This document shows positions 18,800 through 30,005 of a stretch of 64,000 nucleotides of DNA, piece after piece. Origin of the DNA: Puia sp. (lineage in GTDB: Bacteria; Bacteroidota; Bacteroidia; Chitinophagales; Chitinophagaceae); assembly GCA_965214315.1 (NCBI GenBank), contig CBDCBP010000007.1, positions 101,877 to 165,876 on the forward strand, read 5' to 3'. How positions within the stretch are numbered: position 1 is the stretch's first letter; the number at the start of each line of letters is the position of its first letter. The position numbers and the translations under genes were made by a program. The notes under the pieces were generated by a model. That model was not told the origin of the DNA. It made no database searches and was given only the letters and a program-made list of their open reading frames with translations.

Positions 18800-19627
18800 T
18801 TATTGCGCTTCTAACCTAAACACGATCGGCTGCTTCTTGTAAGATTTCACCTGGCGCCCGTTCTGAACAGCCGGCGTCCACTTACCACTCTTCTTGATAA
18901 CCCGGACAGCTTCCTCCCGCAGACCCCCATTCTCAGGCCCGCTGATCGCATTCACATCACTCACGTTCCCTTCTTTGTCAACAATGAACTGTACAACCAC
19001 TGTACCTTGGATCTCATTATTTACGGCATCGTCGGGATAACGCAGGTTCTTGTTGAGATAACGAAGCCATGCCGCAGTACCACCGGGGAAATCCGACTCG
19101 ATCTCCACCTTCGTAAACGTCTTATCATAGTCTTCATTATCCTTCGGCGCTTCAACCACACCCTTACCAGCATCGCTCACCGGCGGAGCCGTGATACCTT
19201 CATCCTTGACACCTTCCTGATTGACGGTGCCGATTTTGGTATCTTCCAACTTCTCTTGTTCCGGTGGCTTCTCTTCTTCCTTCACCTCATTATCTTTTAC
19301 GATCTTGGGCGGTGTGAACTTCGCCATTTCCACTTTCGGCGGCTCTACCTTTGGCGGCGGCGGAGGCGGAGGCTCATTTTTCTTTTCTTCCTTGACATCC
19401 TCAAGCTGTACGTCCTCCACGACCGGCTGTTTCGATTTGCCGCCACCATTCAGATTGGATAAAAAGAATCCACCGAACAGCAGCAGGACAATTATGGCTG
19501 CAGCCATCAATGCCCTCGTAAGGCGTTTGTTGTAAGTCTTGCGCAGGTCGTAAGCGCCGTACTCCTTGTTTTTACCCTCGAAGATAATATCGAGGATATC
19601 GGCGTTTAAGATTTTATTGACATCCAT
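18800..19627 (-). CDS. tonB: Energy transducer TonB
   Basis: MDVNKILNADILDIIFEGKNKEYGAY is followed by a PPPPPP linker and a TonB_C domain. It lies downstream of exbB-exbD-exbD. Confidence 0.96.
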   Translation of the reverse strand: MDVNKILNADILDIIFEGKNKEYGAYDLRKTYNKRLTRALMAAAIIVLLLFGGFFLSNLNGGGKSKQPVVEDVQLEDVKEEKKNEPPPPPPPKVEPPKVEMAKFTPPKIVKDNEVKEEEKPPEQEKLEDTKIGTVNQEGVKDEGITAPPVSDAGKGVVEAPKDNEDYDKTFTKVEIESDFPGGTAAWLRYLNKNLRYPDDAVNNEIQGTVVVQFIVDKEGNVSDVNAISGPENGGLREEAVRVIKKSGKWTPAVQNGRQVKSYKKQPIVFRLEAQ

Positions 19628-19744
19628 TGCAATTGATTTGTTTTGTTAATTTGGTCAACAGCCGGAAAACCGGTCGTTCTCAGTAAATAAGACCCCAAAT
19701 CCAAAGGATTCCATAAACTTTTGGTAACCTTTTGGCCCAAAGGC

Positions 19745-20278
19745 TTATTTTATCCCGTTCGCCGCCTCCGTAGCCTGGACGAACTTATACTCATCAGGCG
19801 AAATATCGACAAGGGCAAAGCGCTTTACGCCATCGATCGTCATTTCATCCAGGATATTCACCGCATTCTTATACGTGGCATCCTGAGTGGGCTTGAGGAC
19901 CACCATGAAATCCTTCGGATCCGTCCGCCGCTTCTTATCCAGGATTACATCCCGGATAGCCTTGAAGTCAGAAACCTGTATCTTGGAAGGATCCAAACCC
20001 TCATAATAATAGACCCTGTCCTGCTTGCCAGGCATCAGCGTAATGACAGCAGATTCTTTTACCTTATTCTGCTCATCAGGCTTGTCCACATCCTTCGGCA
20101 GGAACAATTTCATAGCCGTAGGCTGACTCATCGTCGTCGTAAAAATGAAGAACGTGATCAGCAGGAAACCCAGATCCACCATCGGAGTGAGATCCACCCG
20201 TGTGGACAGCTTTTTCGATTTCTTCACGCCGGGGCCCTTCTTATGACCACCGCCGCTCGAAGTATCCATTTCTGCCAT
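19745..20278 (-). CDS. exbD: Biopolymer transporter ExbD
   Basis: The likely start is MAEMDT at 20278. VDLTPMVDLGFLLITFFIF is the ExbD TM motif. Confidence 0.95.
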   Translation of the reverse strand: MAEMDTSSGGGHKKGPGVKKSKKLSTRVDLTPMVDLGFLLITFFIFTTTMSQPTAMKLFLPKDVDKPDEQNKVKESAVITLMPGKQDRVYYYEGLDPSKIQVSDFKAIRDVILDKKRRTDPKDFMVVLKPTQDATYKNAVNILDEMTIDGVKRFALVDISPDEYKFVQATEAANGIK

Positions 20279-20481
20279 GACAAATGCTTTTTTTAAAGTT
20301 ACAAAAAAATCACCCATTTCCCTTACTCAAAATACCCGCGGCAAACCCGGTTCTTCAGCGCCAACGGTCGGTTTTCTCATGTGTACGCCCGAATAATTTA
20401 TTGAGCCTTAACACCTTATAGTTGTAGCCGTTGTCCCAACCCCCAAATTTCCGCCCAATCCTGAATGGGCGCTCGAAAGAA

Positions 20482-21156
20482 CTATTGCTCCGAGCTCTTG
20501 CTGCCCGTCGCATTCTGGATCTTTTCCAACTCTGATCCAACAGGCGCCGCCACCGGATTGGTCACCATCTGGAACTTCATCTGGTCATTCTTCTTGAACG
20601 CCCAGATCACACCGTCAAAAGAAGGGAACTTGGCTGCATCGTCGCCCTTTACCAGGATATTCATCTTGTCACCCTGAAAGGCAGAAACGGCAGCAGCCAT
20701 CCAGTCCCTCAACTCGTTGTTCGTACTATCCTTCACCGGAATACCAGGCAGTTTCAGGTTCTTCACCTCCTCGGGATTGTGGTCCAGAAAAGACTTTAAC
20801 TGGCTGAAAGGCACTCCAATATATGCCGACGGGTTATTCACGAAATTCTTCTTCTCCGCGTCCGTCAGGCCTATATTCTTAGAGGTGTTGATCGCATCGA
20901 TGATATCCTTCTTCTGACCCGCATTCCCATCACTTACACTGAAATAAACCTTGTCATCCTTGTCCATCGTGATCAGGACCACATTCTTATCTGGCGCGAC
21001 CTTCGATGACACCGAGCTCGGAGTCACCACCGTCAACGCCTCCGGCGGCTTGAACTTCGTCGCCAGGATAAAGAACGACAAAAGCAGGAAGGCTACATCA
21101 CACATGGCCGTCATGTCGATATTTGTGCTTTTACGCGGTAGTTTTGCTCTTGGCAT
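20482..21156 (-). CDS. exbD: Biopolymer transporter ExbD
   Basis: It contains the motif IDMTAMCDVAFLLLSFFIL. Confidence 0.95.
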   Translation of the reverse strand: MPRAKLPRKSTNIDMTAMCDVAFLLLSFFILATKFKPPEALTVVTPSSVSSKVAPDKNVVLITMDKDDKVYFSVSDGNAGQKKDIIDAINTSKNIGLTDAEKKNFVNNPSAYIGVPFSQLKSFLDHNPEEVKNLKLPGIPVKDSTNNELRDWMAAAVSAFQGDKMNILVKGDDAAKFPSFDGVIWAFKKNDQMKFQMVTNPVAAPVGSELEKIQNATGSKSSEQ

Positions 21157-21246
21157 AATAACATTATTTTTTTGAAAAGCCCGGATCTTCTTCTATTACA
21201 TAGATAAGACCCAAATTCAATCACATTCCACAAAGCCCGAACTTCT

Positions 21247-22107
21247 TTATTTGTACAAAGAAGCAAAGCTCTGCGTCAGCGTGAAACCACTCTCATCGAT
21301 ACCATAAGTGATACTGTCGATCTTGGTAGTAAAGATGTTGTACATGATGATCGAAACAGCAGATGTGCCGATACCCAGGGCCGTATTATATAAGGCCTCG
21401 GAAATACCTTCAGATAATTTCTGAGCTGCTTCGCCGCCGCCGCTATCACCCAAGGCAGAAAATGAACGGATCATACCCATAACCGTTCCAAGCAGACCCA
21501 TCAAGGTAGCCACAGAAGCGATCGTAGACAGGAACACCAGGTTCTTCTCCAGCATCGGCAGTTCAAGCGCCGTAGCTTCTTCTACCTCTTTCTGGATTGC
21601 GATTACCTTCTGCTCAGTGTCCAGCTCGGTGACGATCATTTCCTTGTACTTACGCAGACCGGCCTTCATGACATTTCCTACAGAACCCTTCTGCTTGTCG
21701 CACTCGGCGATCGCAGCATCGACATTTTTGTTCGCCAGATGATATTGCACTTTACGGATAAATTCAGCAATATTCCCGTTGCCCGTAGCCTTGGTGATCG
21801 TCATGAAACGCTCGATCACGAAAATGATCACTGTCAACAACGCGCCGATCAGGATCGGAACGATGATGCCACCCTGGTACATCTTGTTTATAGCACTTTT
21901 GGGACCCTGTTGGTTAGGCCAAAATCCACCAGAGGGATCGGGATGCGTAAAGCTGCTATCTGCACCAAGGAGAAATCTCCAGATGCAATAACCGGCAATA
22001 ATAGCCACCAACGGCGCGACCCAGGAGATCGAATTGCCCTTTTTCTGTGGTTGTACGGATGAGGAGCTCTTAGCTGCTGTCGCTGCAGTCGGTTTTGTTT
22101 CAGCCAT
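21247..22107 (-). CDS. exbB: MotA/TolQ/ExbB proton channel protein
   Basis: It contains LSTIASVATLMGLLGTVMGMIRSF and GISEALYNTALGI. Confidence 0.96.
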   Translation of the reverse strand: MAETKPTAATAAKSSSSVQPQKKGNSISWVAPLVAIIAGYCIWRFLLGADSSFTHPDPSGGFWPNQQGPKSAINKMYQGGIIVPILIGALLTVIIFVIERFMTITKATGNGNIAEFIRKVQYHLANKNVDAAIAECDKQKGSVGNVMKAGLRKYKEMIVTELDTEQKVIAIQKEVEEATALELPMLEKNLVFLSTIASVATLMGLLGTVMGMIRSFSALGDSGGGEAAQKLSEGISEALYNTALGIGTSAVSIIMYNIFTTKIDSITYGIDESGFTLTQSFASLYK

Positions 22108-22356
22108 GATCGTTGTTTTTAGTGTTTTAAAAAAATTGAAGTATGTAATAGAAAAAATTTATACCTGGCCTGTGGACGGAGCAGCCCATAGGCGACTCCG
22201 TCGATTGCACAATTCTAAGCAAAAAAGCTTTTCGATAGATGAAATTGGATGTATAATATTTTTCCGGGGAAAGCCGAAGGAAGTCGAAGATAAGGAATCT
22301 TTTGTAACGCACAAATCGCATTCTGTCCATGTCCTTCCGCCTTGCGTCAGGACAAA

Positions 22357-23625
22357 TCACTCATATCGTAACGCCTCGATCGGATTGAGCCTGGACGCCT
22401 TCACCGCCGGATAAAGTCCAGCCAATAATCCCACAATACTGCACACCACGATCCCCCCGATCACCCAGCCCCAGGGCAACACGAACCCCGTCGCCAACAC
22501 AAAACTGAATATATTGCCCGTCAACACCCCCAACACCACCCCAAAACATGCCCCGATCACACTGATCAAAATACTCTCGATCAGGAATTGCTGCCGTACA
22601 TTGCGCTGCCGCCCCCCGATCGCCTTGATCAACCCTATCTCCTTCGTCCGCTCCGTCACCGAAACCAGCATGATATTCATCAACCCTACCGCAGCCCCTA
22701 ACAACGTAATCGAACCGATCACCAGGGCGCTCAAAGTGATAAAACTCAGATTCTTCAACAACAAAGCTACAAAGCTGTCACTCTTATCGATATTGAAGTT
22801 GTCCGCTTCCGTCACCTCCAACCGGCGCACAGGCCGGAAAACACCTTCCGCCTGGTCGATCGCTCCATCGATCTGCTTCACGTCCGCCACCTTCACCTGG
22901 ATATTAAAACTGCTGTTCGCACTGACGCTGAACAACCGCCGTACATTATTATAGGATGTGATCACCGTATTGTCATAGCTGATGCCAAAGGACGACCCCT
23001 TCGATTCCAACACCCCGACTACCCGAAAAGGCAAATTATTGATATTGATGATCTTTTCCAGCGGCGCGTCCGGGCTTTTGCCGAAGAACTTCTCCGCGAC
23101 CCCACTCCCCAGCAGCACCACATTCCGCCCGCTCTGGACATCCAGCCCGTTCAGATTACGACCCGTCGCGAGATTGAATCCGTTCAGTTCCACATAGTTC
23201 GGATCACCCCCGACTACCCTAATGTTTGGATTGGTCTTCCGATTGCCCAATGACACGACTGCATCCGACACCCCGGAAATATTGAGACTTACTGTGGCGG
23301 GAAAACTAAAACGGGTCAGAAAGGTTTCCGCTTGCAATCTGCTGATAGGTATATTGCTATTGGACTTCTTCTCCTTCAACCCCTTGCGCTTGCTCTTTAC
23401 TCCCCCGCCATCAAAATTGAACCACCGCTTATTGTGGATGGTAAACCCATTCGCCCCCATCGCGCTGAAACTTTCGGTAAACTTCTGCTTCATAGCGCCG
23501 ATACACGTATTGATAAACACCAACGCCATGATCCCAAACGCAATGATGGCTACCGTGATGCCCGTCCGCAGGGGATTGCTCCTTATCGTCCGGAACGACA
23601 GCGCTATGGTATCAGTCAATTTCAA
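22357..23625 (-). CDS. ABC transporter permease, MacB/FtsX family
   Basis: LRTGITVAIIAFGIMAL, a periplasmic MacB domain, GLMNIMLVSVTERTKEIGLIKAIG and the ending YPAVKASRLNPIEALRYE are present. Confidence 0.93.
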   Translation of the reverse strand: MKLTDTIALSFRTIRSNPLRTGITVAIIAFGIMALVFINTCIGAMKQKFTESFSAMGANGFTIHNKRWFNFDGGGVKSKRKGLKEKKSNSNIPISRLQAETFLTRFSFPATVSLNISGVSDAVVSLGNRKTNPNIRVVGGDPNYVELNGFNLATGRNLNGLDVQSGRNVVLLGSGVAEKFFGKSPDAPLEKIININNLPFRVVGVLESKGSSFGISYDNTVITSYNNVRRLFSVSANSSFNIQVKVADVKQIDGAIDQAEGVFRPVRRLEVTEADNFNIDKSDSFVALLLKNLSFITLSALVIGSITLLGAAVGLMNIMLVSVTERTKEIGLIKAIGGRQRNVRQQFLIESILISVIGACFGVVLGVLTGNIFSFVLATGFVLPWGWVIGGIVVCSIVGLLAGLYPAVKASRLNPIEALRYE

Positions 23626-23692
23626 TTGGACAAGTAATTTAATGAAAATGCGTCAAATATGACGCGGACGGCCCAGGAAGCGGCCGCTTAAC

Positions 23693-25087
23693 TTACCAGG
23701 TGTAGATAAACCGCGTGAGCTGGTCGAGCAATACCTGGGGAAATACTCCCAAAAAGATCACCAACACCGCCATCAGCACGAGCAGCCCCTTGAATCCAGC
23801 CCCCGGCTCCGACTCCGTCGTCCCCTCCCCTTCCTTGAAATACATGGCCTGGATGACCCTGAAATAATAATAGGCGCTTACCGCCGCGCAAAGGACCGCA
23901 AAGACCACGAGCCACATGAAATGCCCCGTTGCGACCACCGCGGATAACATATAATATTTAGCGAAGAAACCGCCGGTCAGCGGAATGCCCGCCAGCGAAA
24001 GCAGAAAGATCGTAACCGTAATCGCCAGCAACGGCTGCTGTCGTGCTAGGCCGTTAAAGCCTTCGAATGTATAGTCCTTCATCCGGATCAACACGGCAAA
24101 GATCCCGATCGTGGCCACGCTATACGCCGCCGCATACAGAATAATCCCTTGCTTGGCGACCCCATTCAACGCTAACACGGCCAACAACATAAATCCCGCC
24201 TGCGCAATCGAAGAATACGCCAGCATCCGCTTCACGCTTTGCTGAAATACCGCCGTAATATTCCCTATAAAAAGCGTCGCGGCTGCTATCAACGCCACAA
24301 ACACCTGCCAATTCTTAGAAGTCTCCCCAAAAGCCTCGTCAAAAAGCCTTACAAAACCCACGAAGATCGACACCTTGACGATGGTAGCCATAAAAGAAGT
24401 AAACACCGTCGGCGCTCCATCATACACGTCCGGCGTCCAAAAATGAAAAGGCGCAGCCGAAACCTTGAATGCCATCGAGACCAACAACAACAACAAACCG
24501 GCCATAAACAACGGCTGAACGGCCGCATTCCGATTCCAGATATCGTCGATAAAGAACGTTCCCGTTGCACTCGCCCCATACAAAAAGGCGATCCCCAACA
24601 ACATCAGACCAGTCGAGAACGAACCCATCAGGAAGTACTTCAATGCCGCCTCATTCCCCTTCAAATTCCGCTTGTCCGAACCGGTCAGAATATACAACGG
24701 GATCGAAATGATCTCGATCCCCAGGAACAACATTAAAAGCGTATTAAAAGTAGTGATGAGCGACACCCCGCACAACACAAAAAAGATTAATGCAAAGTAC
24801 TCCGCCAGGTTATTCCCCACTTTCTCCATATCCCGCCCGCTCAATAATACCAGCAGCAACGTACTTCCAAAGGCGATGCTGTTCCCAAGCAGGCCAAACT
24901 CGCCAAAATACAACATCTTATGCACGTTGATGGCTACGTGATAACCAGCCATGTCCAGGTAATTCACCAATAACAACAGCGCAAATCCTAACACCGCCGT
25001 ATACCGGATGGAAGTCTTGCTCTTGGTAAAAATACCACTGAACATCATCACAATACCCCAAATCGCCGAAAGTAAGATTGCATTCAT
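23693..25087 (-). CDS. nuoN: NADH-quinone oxidoreductase subunit N
   Basis: It contains EAALKYFLMGSFSTG, FKVSAAPFHFWTPDVYDGAPT and KRMLAYSSIAQAG, and is the last gene of the nuo operon. Confidence 0.98.
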   Translation of the reverse strand: MNAILLSAIWGIVMMFSGIFTKSKTSIRYTAVLGFALLLLVNYLDMAGYHVAINVHKMLYFGEFGLLGNSIAFGSTLLLVLLSGRDMEKVGNNLAEYFALIFFVLCGVSLITTFNTLLMLFLGIEIISIPLYILTGSDKRNLKGNEAALKYFLMGSFSTGLMLLGIAFLYGASATGTFFIDDIWNRNAAVQPLFMAGLLLLLVSMAFKVSAAPFHFWTPDVYDGAPTVFTSFMATIVKVSIFVGFVRLFDEAFGETSKNWQVFVALIAAATLFIGNITAVFQQSVKRMLAYSSIAQAGFMLLAVLALNGVAKQGIILYAAAYSVATIGIFAVLIRMKDYTFEGFNGLARQQPLLAITVTIFLLSLAGIPLTGGFFAKYYMLSAVVATGHFMWLVVFAVLCAAVSAYYYFRVIQAMYFKEGEGTTESEPGAGFKGLLVLMAVLVIFLGVFPQVLLDQLTRFIYTW

Positions 25088-25091
25088 ATTG

Positions 25092-26561
25092 CTATTGCTT
25101 AAAACTCATCTTTGCCAAAATAAAATCAGCCGTCTCCTTGGTCAAGTCCAGTATCGGCTGCGGATACACCCCTACCACTACAATGATCACCACGATCGCC
25201 GACAACACGAACTTCTCATTTAATCTGATATCCACCCCCTTCTCTGTCAACGCATTCGTATTCCCATAAAATACCTTGCCGATCATATTCAGCGTGTAGA
25301 TCGCCGACAAAATGATCGACAGCGCAGCGACTACCGTAAATACAACATTGTATTGCGTAGCCGTAGAGCTGAACACGCCATTGAACAAGAGGAATTCACC
25401 CACAAATCCATTCGTAAGCGGCAACGCCACATTCGCCAACGCCACGATCACTAACAGGATCGCCAGCCCCGGCGCTTTCTGCGCCAGCCCACCCAATTCC
25501 GAGATCTTCCGCGTCTTAAACTGCCGCTCGATCAGATCGATGACTATCCACATCCCCAGTATATTGATTCCATGGCTGAACATCTGGATCATCAACCCTT
25601 GCATCCCACTTATATCGGTCGCAAAGATCGCCAGACACATCAATCCTACGTGCGCAATCGAACTATAGGCTACCAGCCGCTTGAGATCATCTTGTTTGAT
25701 GGCTACCAATGAGGCATAGATCATCCCGATCACGCAGGCGGTCGACACCGTATCCCCCCAGGCCCAGAACCCGATCGGTACCACCGGCGCAAGCCACCTG
25801 ACTACGCCAAAGAGCCCCATCTTGACCATGATCGCACTCAATACCATCGTAACCGCCGTGGGCGCCTGCTCATAGGCATCCGGTTGCCAGGTATGCAATG
25901 GCCAGATCGGCATCTTGATTGCAAAAGCAGTGAACATGATCCAGAAGATCCAATTCTGGTCCTTATTAGAAAGCTGATTGTGCAACGCATAAAAGCTTTG
26001 CATCGAGAAGCTGTGATCCTTCGTCTGACCATACAACCAGATGATACCCACGAGCATCAGCAGACTGCCCGCAAACGTATACACGAAAAATTTAAATGCC
26101 GCCTGTATCCGGCGCTCCCCGCCCCACTGGCTGGCTAAAAAGTAGACCGGGATCAACGCCAGTTCCCAGAAGAAGTAAAACAGCAAAGCGTCTGACGCCA
26201 GGAACACTCCCATCAATCCCGCCTGCGACAACAACATCAACGCGTAAAAATTCCAGGACTTCTTATATTCATCCCGCCAGGTAGCGATAAAGATCAAAGG
26301 AAAACTTACCGCCGTCAGCAGACTCAGGATCAGGCTTAACCCATCCAGCCCCACCGAGAACCGGCTCCCCAGGTCAGGCACCCACGCACAGTCGGCATAA
26401 GCATGCGAACTGTCCTTTGGCAACCCAACCCCGACCAACGCAACGATGAGCGTGAGGAGCGAACTAATCAAGGCCCATACCTTAGCTGCCGCCTCAGTCC
26501 TGAAAAAGAACCCGAGCAGCCCCATCACCAGCGGAACGAAAATCAGTAGAACAGGGATCAT
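25092..26561 (-). CDS. nuoM: NADH-quinone oxidoreductase subunit M
   Basis: It contains FFWELALIPVYFL, AIKMPIWPLHTWQPDAY and KRLVAYSSIAH. Confidence 0.98.
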   Translation of the reverse strand: MIPVLLIFVPLVMGLLGFFFRTEAAAKVWALISSLLTLIVALVGVGLPKDSSHAYADCAWVPDLGSRFSVGLDGLSLILSLLTAVSFPLIFIATWRDEYKKSWNFYALMLLSQAGLMGVFLASDALLFYFFWELALIPVYFLASQWGGERRIQAAFKFFVYTFAGSLLMLVGIIWLYGQTKDHSFSMQSFYALHNQLSNKDQNWIFWIMFTAFAIKMPIWPLHTWQPDAYEQAPTAVTMVLSAIMVKMGLFGVVRWLAPVVPIGFWAWGDTVSTACVIGMIYASLVAIKQDDLKRLVAYSSIAHVGLMCLAIFATDISGMQGLMIQMFSHGINILGMWIVIDLIERQFKTRKISELGGLAQKAPGLAILLVIVALANVALPLTNGFVGEFLLFNGVFSSTATQYNVVFTVVAALSIILSAIYTLNMIGKVFYGNTNALTEKGVDIRLNEKFVLSAIVVIIVVVGVYPQPILDLTKETADFILAKMSFKQ

Positions 26562-26564
26562 ACG

Positions 26565-28493
26565 TTATTTCTTTACAAATAGCTCGACCAAAAAAAGAAC
26601 AATAATGCCCGCCACCATCAGCAACACATACCCACCAACTTGCCCACTCTGCAGCAACCGAAGCTGCCGGCTGCTATACTGAACGAGGCGCCCTACGCCA
26701 TTTACAATGCCATCGATAATATTCTTTTCAATGAACACCAGGACCCGCTCCAGCACATCCAGCGGCTTCACCACGATCGCATTATAGAGTTCATCTACAT
26801 ACCATCTACTCGCCAACACCTTGCCAAAACCTGTTGGTTCGGCCATATCAGGCTTCTTACTGAACCGGCTCCACGCATAGATCGTTCCGATCAATGCCAG
26901 CAACACCGATACCGCCATCAGGCCCCATTCCGTCCCGGCCGGCATTTCCTTCACCGTGCTCTCACCAAGGACCGGGCCCAGGAAGCCCTCCAGCCAATGC
27001 GCATGCGGCACCATTACCGCTGGTATTCCCAGGAAACCCGCCACAATCGCAAAGATCGCCAGGATCCACAACGGAACCGTCATCGCCGCCGGGCTCTCGT
27101 GCAAATGATGAGCGCTTTGCCCGTGACCTTCGTCGGTCCCTTTCGGTCCCTCCTCGGTCATATTCATGGTCCCGCGAAAACTCCCCCTGAAGGTGGTCGC
27201 ATACAAACGGAACATATAAAACGCCGTCAGCAACGCCGTAAACACGCCGAACACATAGTAAATCGGGTTCTTGGCATAAGCCGCCGCCAGAATTTCATCT
27301 TTGGAAAAGAAACCGCTAAACGGCGGTATTCCCGCGATGGCGATACAACCCAGCAAAAACGTCAAATGCGTCGAGGGCAGGAACTTCCGCAGCCCGCCCA
27401 TCTTGCGCATATCCTGCTCTCCGCCCATGGCATGGATCACAGAACCGGCCCCAAGGAACAACAGCGCTTTAAAGAAGGCATGCGTCATCACATGGAACAC
27501 GGCCCCGCCATATGATCCGATACCTAGCCCGAGAAACATATACCCTAACTGGCTCACCGTACTATAAGCCAGCACCTTTTTGATATCGTTCTGCTTCAAC
27601 GCGATCGTCGCAGCCAGCAAGGCCGTCGCACAACCGATCACCGCAACTACCGTCTGCGTCACCGGCGCCAGGTCGTACAACACATGACTCCGTGCAATCA
27701 TATACACCCCCGCTGTCACCATCGTCGCCGCATGGATCAATGCGCTCACCGGCGTAGGACCCGCCATGGCATCCGGCAGCCAGGTATACAATGGTATCTG
27801 TGCACTCTTACCGGTCGCTCCCACAAATAACAACAACGTGATAGCCGTTACCACCCCCGTTGTCGAACCGGAAGCTTTCCCAAAAATATCGGCGAAGTCC
27901 ACCGAACCGTATTTATTGATCATTAAAAATATCGCTATCAGAAACCCCAGGTCACCGATCCGGTTCATGATGAACGCCTTCCGCGCCGCATAGCCGTAAT
28001 CGACATGCTTAAACCAATACCCGATCAACAGGTAGGAACACAGTCCCACTCCCTCCCATCCTATAAAGAGGATGATATAATTGGCGCCCAGCACCAGCAG
28101 CAACATGGAAAAAACGAACAGGTTTAAATAGGAAAAATACCGCGCGAAATGGTGCGGCACCTCGTCATGCATATAAGCGGTGGAATACAAATGGATCAGA
28201 AACCCTACCCCGGTTATGATGAGCAGGAAAAGCGCCGACAGCTGATCGACCTGAAAAGCAAAAGGGATATGCAGCGACCCGACACTGATAAAATTGAAGA
28301 GGTCCACCACCACCGGCTGAAACCCTTCATGCCGCACTTCCCCAAAGATAAGCAGGCTCACCATAAAAGCCGCGAGGATCATCCCGCAGCCGATGAAACC
28401 AGTCATGCGCTTACTCAAAACATTCCTGCCCAGTCCGGTGATCAGAAATCCGGCAAGCGGTAAAACGGGGACCAGCCAAACGAATTGTGTCAT
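26565..28493 (-). CDS. nuoL: NADH-quinone oxidoreductase subunit L
   Basis: It contains GWEGVGLCSYLLIGYW, KSAQIPLYTWLPDAMAGPTPVSALIHAATMV and HAFFKALLFL. Confidence 0.98.
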   Translation of the reverse strand: MTQFVWLVPVLPLAGFLITGLGRNVLSKRMTGFIGCGMILAAFMVSLLIFGEVRHEGFQPVVVDLFNFISVGSLHIPFAFQVDQLSALFLLIITGVGFLIHLYSTAYMHDEVPHHFARYFSYLNLFVFSMLLLVLGANYIILFIGWEGVGLCSYLLIGYWFKHVDYGYAARKAFIMNRIGDLGFLIAIFLMINKYGSVDFADIFGKASGSTTGVVTAITLLLFVGATGKSAQIPLYTWLPDAMAGPTPVSALIHAATMVTAGVYMIARSHVLYDLAPVTQTVVAVIGCATALLAATIALKQNDIKKVLAYSTVSQLGYMFLGLGIGSYGGAVFHVMTHAFFKALLFLGAGSVIHAMGGEQDMRKMGGLRKFLPSTHLTFLLGCIAIAGIPPFSGFFSKDEILAAAYAKNPIYYVFGVFTALLTAFYMFRLYATTFRGSFRGTMNMTEEGPKGTDEGHGQSAHHLHESPAAMTVPLWILAIFAIVAGFLGIPAVMVPHAHWLEGFLGPVLGESTVKEMPAGTEWGLMAVSVLLALIGTIYAWSRFSKKPDMAEPTGFGKVLASRWYVDELYNAIVVKPLDVLERVLVFIEKNIIDGIVNGVGRLVQYSSRQLRLLQSGQVGGYVLLMVAGIIVLFLVELFVKK

Positions 28494-28494
28494 A

Positions 28495-28824
28495 TTAGTG
28501 TTTCAACCGATTCAAAAAATTAACATCTATAGAGTGCGTATTGCGGTACATCATCACTATGATGGCCAACCCCACACTCACCTCGGCAGCCGCCACCACC
28601 ATGATGAAAAAGACGAACAATTGGCCGTCTATGCCCGCACCCGGCTTCATCGCCTGCATGGCATGGAAATGCATTTTCGAAAAGGCGACCAGCAACAGAT
28701 TCACCGCATTCAACATTAACTCCACACACATGAAGATAATAATGGCATTCCGGCGCGTTAGTACCCCAGCCACCCCGATGCAAAACAACGCAACGGATAA
28801 GAAAATATAATAGTTAATTGGCAT
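28495..28824 (-). CDS. nuoK: NADH-quinone oxidoreductase subunit K
   Basis: It contains [12 protein letters not shown] and [12 protein letters not shown]. Confidence 0.98.
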   Translation of the reverse strand: MPINYYIFLSVALFCIGVAGVLTRRNAIIIFMCVELMLNAVNLLLVAFSKMHFHAMQAMKPGAGIDGQLFVFFIMVVAAAEVSVGLAIIVMMYRNTHSIDVNFLNRLKH

Positions 28825-28832
28825 AATTCTAC

Positions 28833-29369
28833 TTAGGCTCCATATTTCTGCGGCCCCGCCATACCCTTCTCATCAGACTTCCCGATTACCACAACTCCCA
28901 CCATCGCACTCAGGAAAACCACACTGCTGATCTCAAAAGGCACCACATAATCATGGAAAAGTGTCATCCCCAGGTTATGGATCAACCCGATATTCCCTGT
29001 GTTGGTCTCCGCCAGTTGCGTCTTCAGGTCGGCTCTCTTCAAGGCCGCGACCAACACCAATAGCAAAGCCCCACCCGCCACCACACCGGCGATCTTCAGC
29101 CAGCGGTTCTTCTGCGGCTCGGTATCCGCATTCAGGTTCATCAACATAAAAACAAAAAGGAAAAGTACCATGATCGCCCCGGCATAAACGATCAGGTTCA
29201 CGATCGCCAGGAACTGCGCATCCAGCAAGATATAATGCCCCGAAATGGCGACAAAAACAACGATCAACCATAGTACACTGTGCACCGGGTTTTTGCTGAT
29301 CACGACCGCTATGGCGCTAAGGATCGCCATTATACTCAGAAACCAGAACAATACTTGCGTAATACCCAT
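28833..29369 (-). CDS. nuoJ: NADH-quinone oxidoreductase subunit J
   Basis: It contains [10 protein letters not shown] and [22 protein letters not shown]. Confidence 0.97.
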   Translation of the reverse strand: MGITQVLFWFLSIMAILSAIAVVISKNPVHSVLWLIVVFVAISGHYILLDAQFLAIVNLIVYAGAIMVLFLFVFMLMNLNADTEPQKNRWLKIAGVVAGGALLLVLVAALKRADLKTQLAETNTGNIGLIHNLGMTLFHDYVVPFEISSVVFLSAMVGVVVIGKSDEKGMAGPQKYGA

Positions 29370-29412
29370 CGAGCAGTTAATTATATATTTCTAATTGCCT
29401 TTCGTAGTTGGC

Positions 29413-29976
29413 TCATGAATCCTGACTGCCTGCGGTCGTCGGCTCGTGAGCCCCGCGGGCTTTTGCGTATCCTTCCGGATCGTTTACCGCATCGGGTATC
29501 AACAACTCCTGCTTCCCGTAAATAAAACCCTGCCGTGTATAATTCGACGGCGCAAACGTCTCACTCAGATAAATCGCATCTTTCGGACAAGCCTCCTCGC
29601 AAAGGCCGCAAAAGATACACCGCAGCATATTGATCTCATATTTTGCCGCATATTTCTCTTCCCGGTACAAATGCTCTTCTCCGGGCAAACGTTCCGCACC
29701 TTCCATCGTGATCGCCTCCGCCGGACACGCTACAGCACAAAGTCCGCAGGCCGTACACCGCTCTCGTCCCTCTTCATCCCTGTTCAATACATGCAAACCA
29801 CGGAACACCGGACTGAAAGGCCGCGTCTTCTCCGGATAGTTCACCGTCGGCTTCTTCTTGAACATATGCCCGAAAGTGATCGACATGCCCTTGGCGATCG
29901 CAGGCAGATACATCCGTTCCCACATCGTCATCGGCTTCCGTTCTACTGCCTTCGCCCTGCTCGTTAATGCTTGCAT
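29413..29976 (-). CDS. nuoI: NADH-quinone oxidoreductase subunit I
   Basis: It has two 4Fe-4S motifs, CTACGLCAVACP and CIFCGLCEEACP. Confidence 0.98.
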   Translation of the reverse strand: MQALTSRAKAVERKPMTMWERMYLPAIAKGMSITFGHMFKKKPTVNYPEKTRPFSPVFRGLHVLNRDEEGRERCTACGLCAVACPAEAITMEGAERLPGEEHLYREEKYAAKYEINMLRCIFCGLCEEACPKDAIYLSETFAPSNYTRQGFIYGKQELLIPDAVNDPEGYAKARGAHEPTTAGSQDS

Positions 29977-30005
29977 ATTCAGATTTTAACGTTCGCAAAA
30001 ATAGT

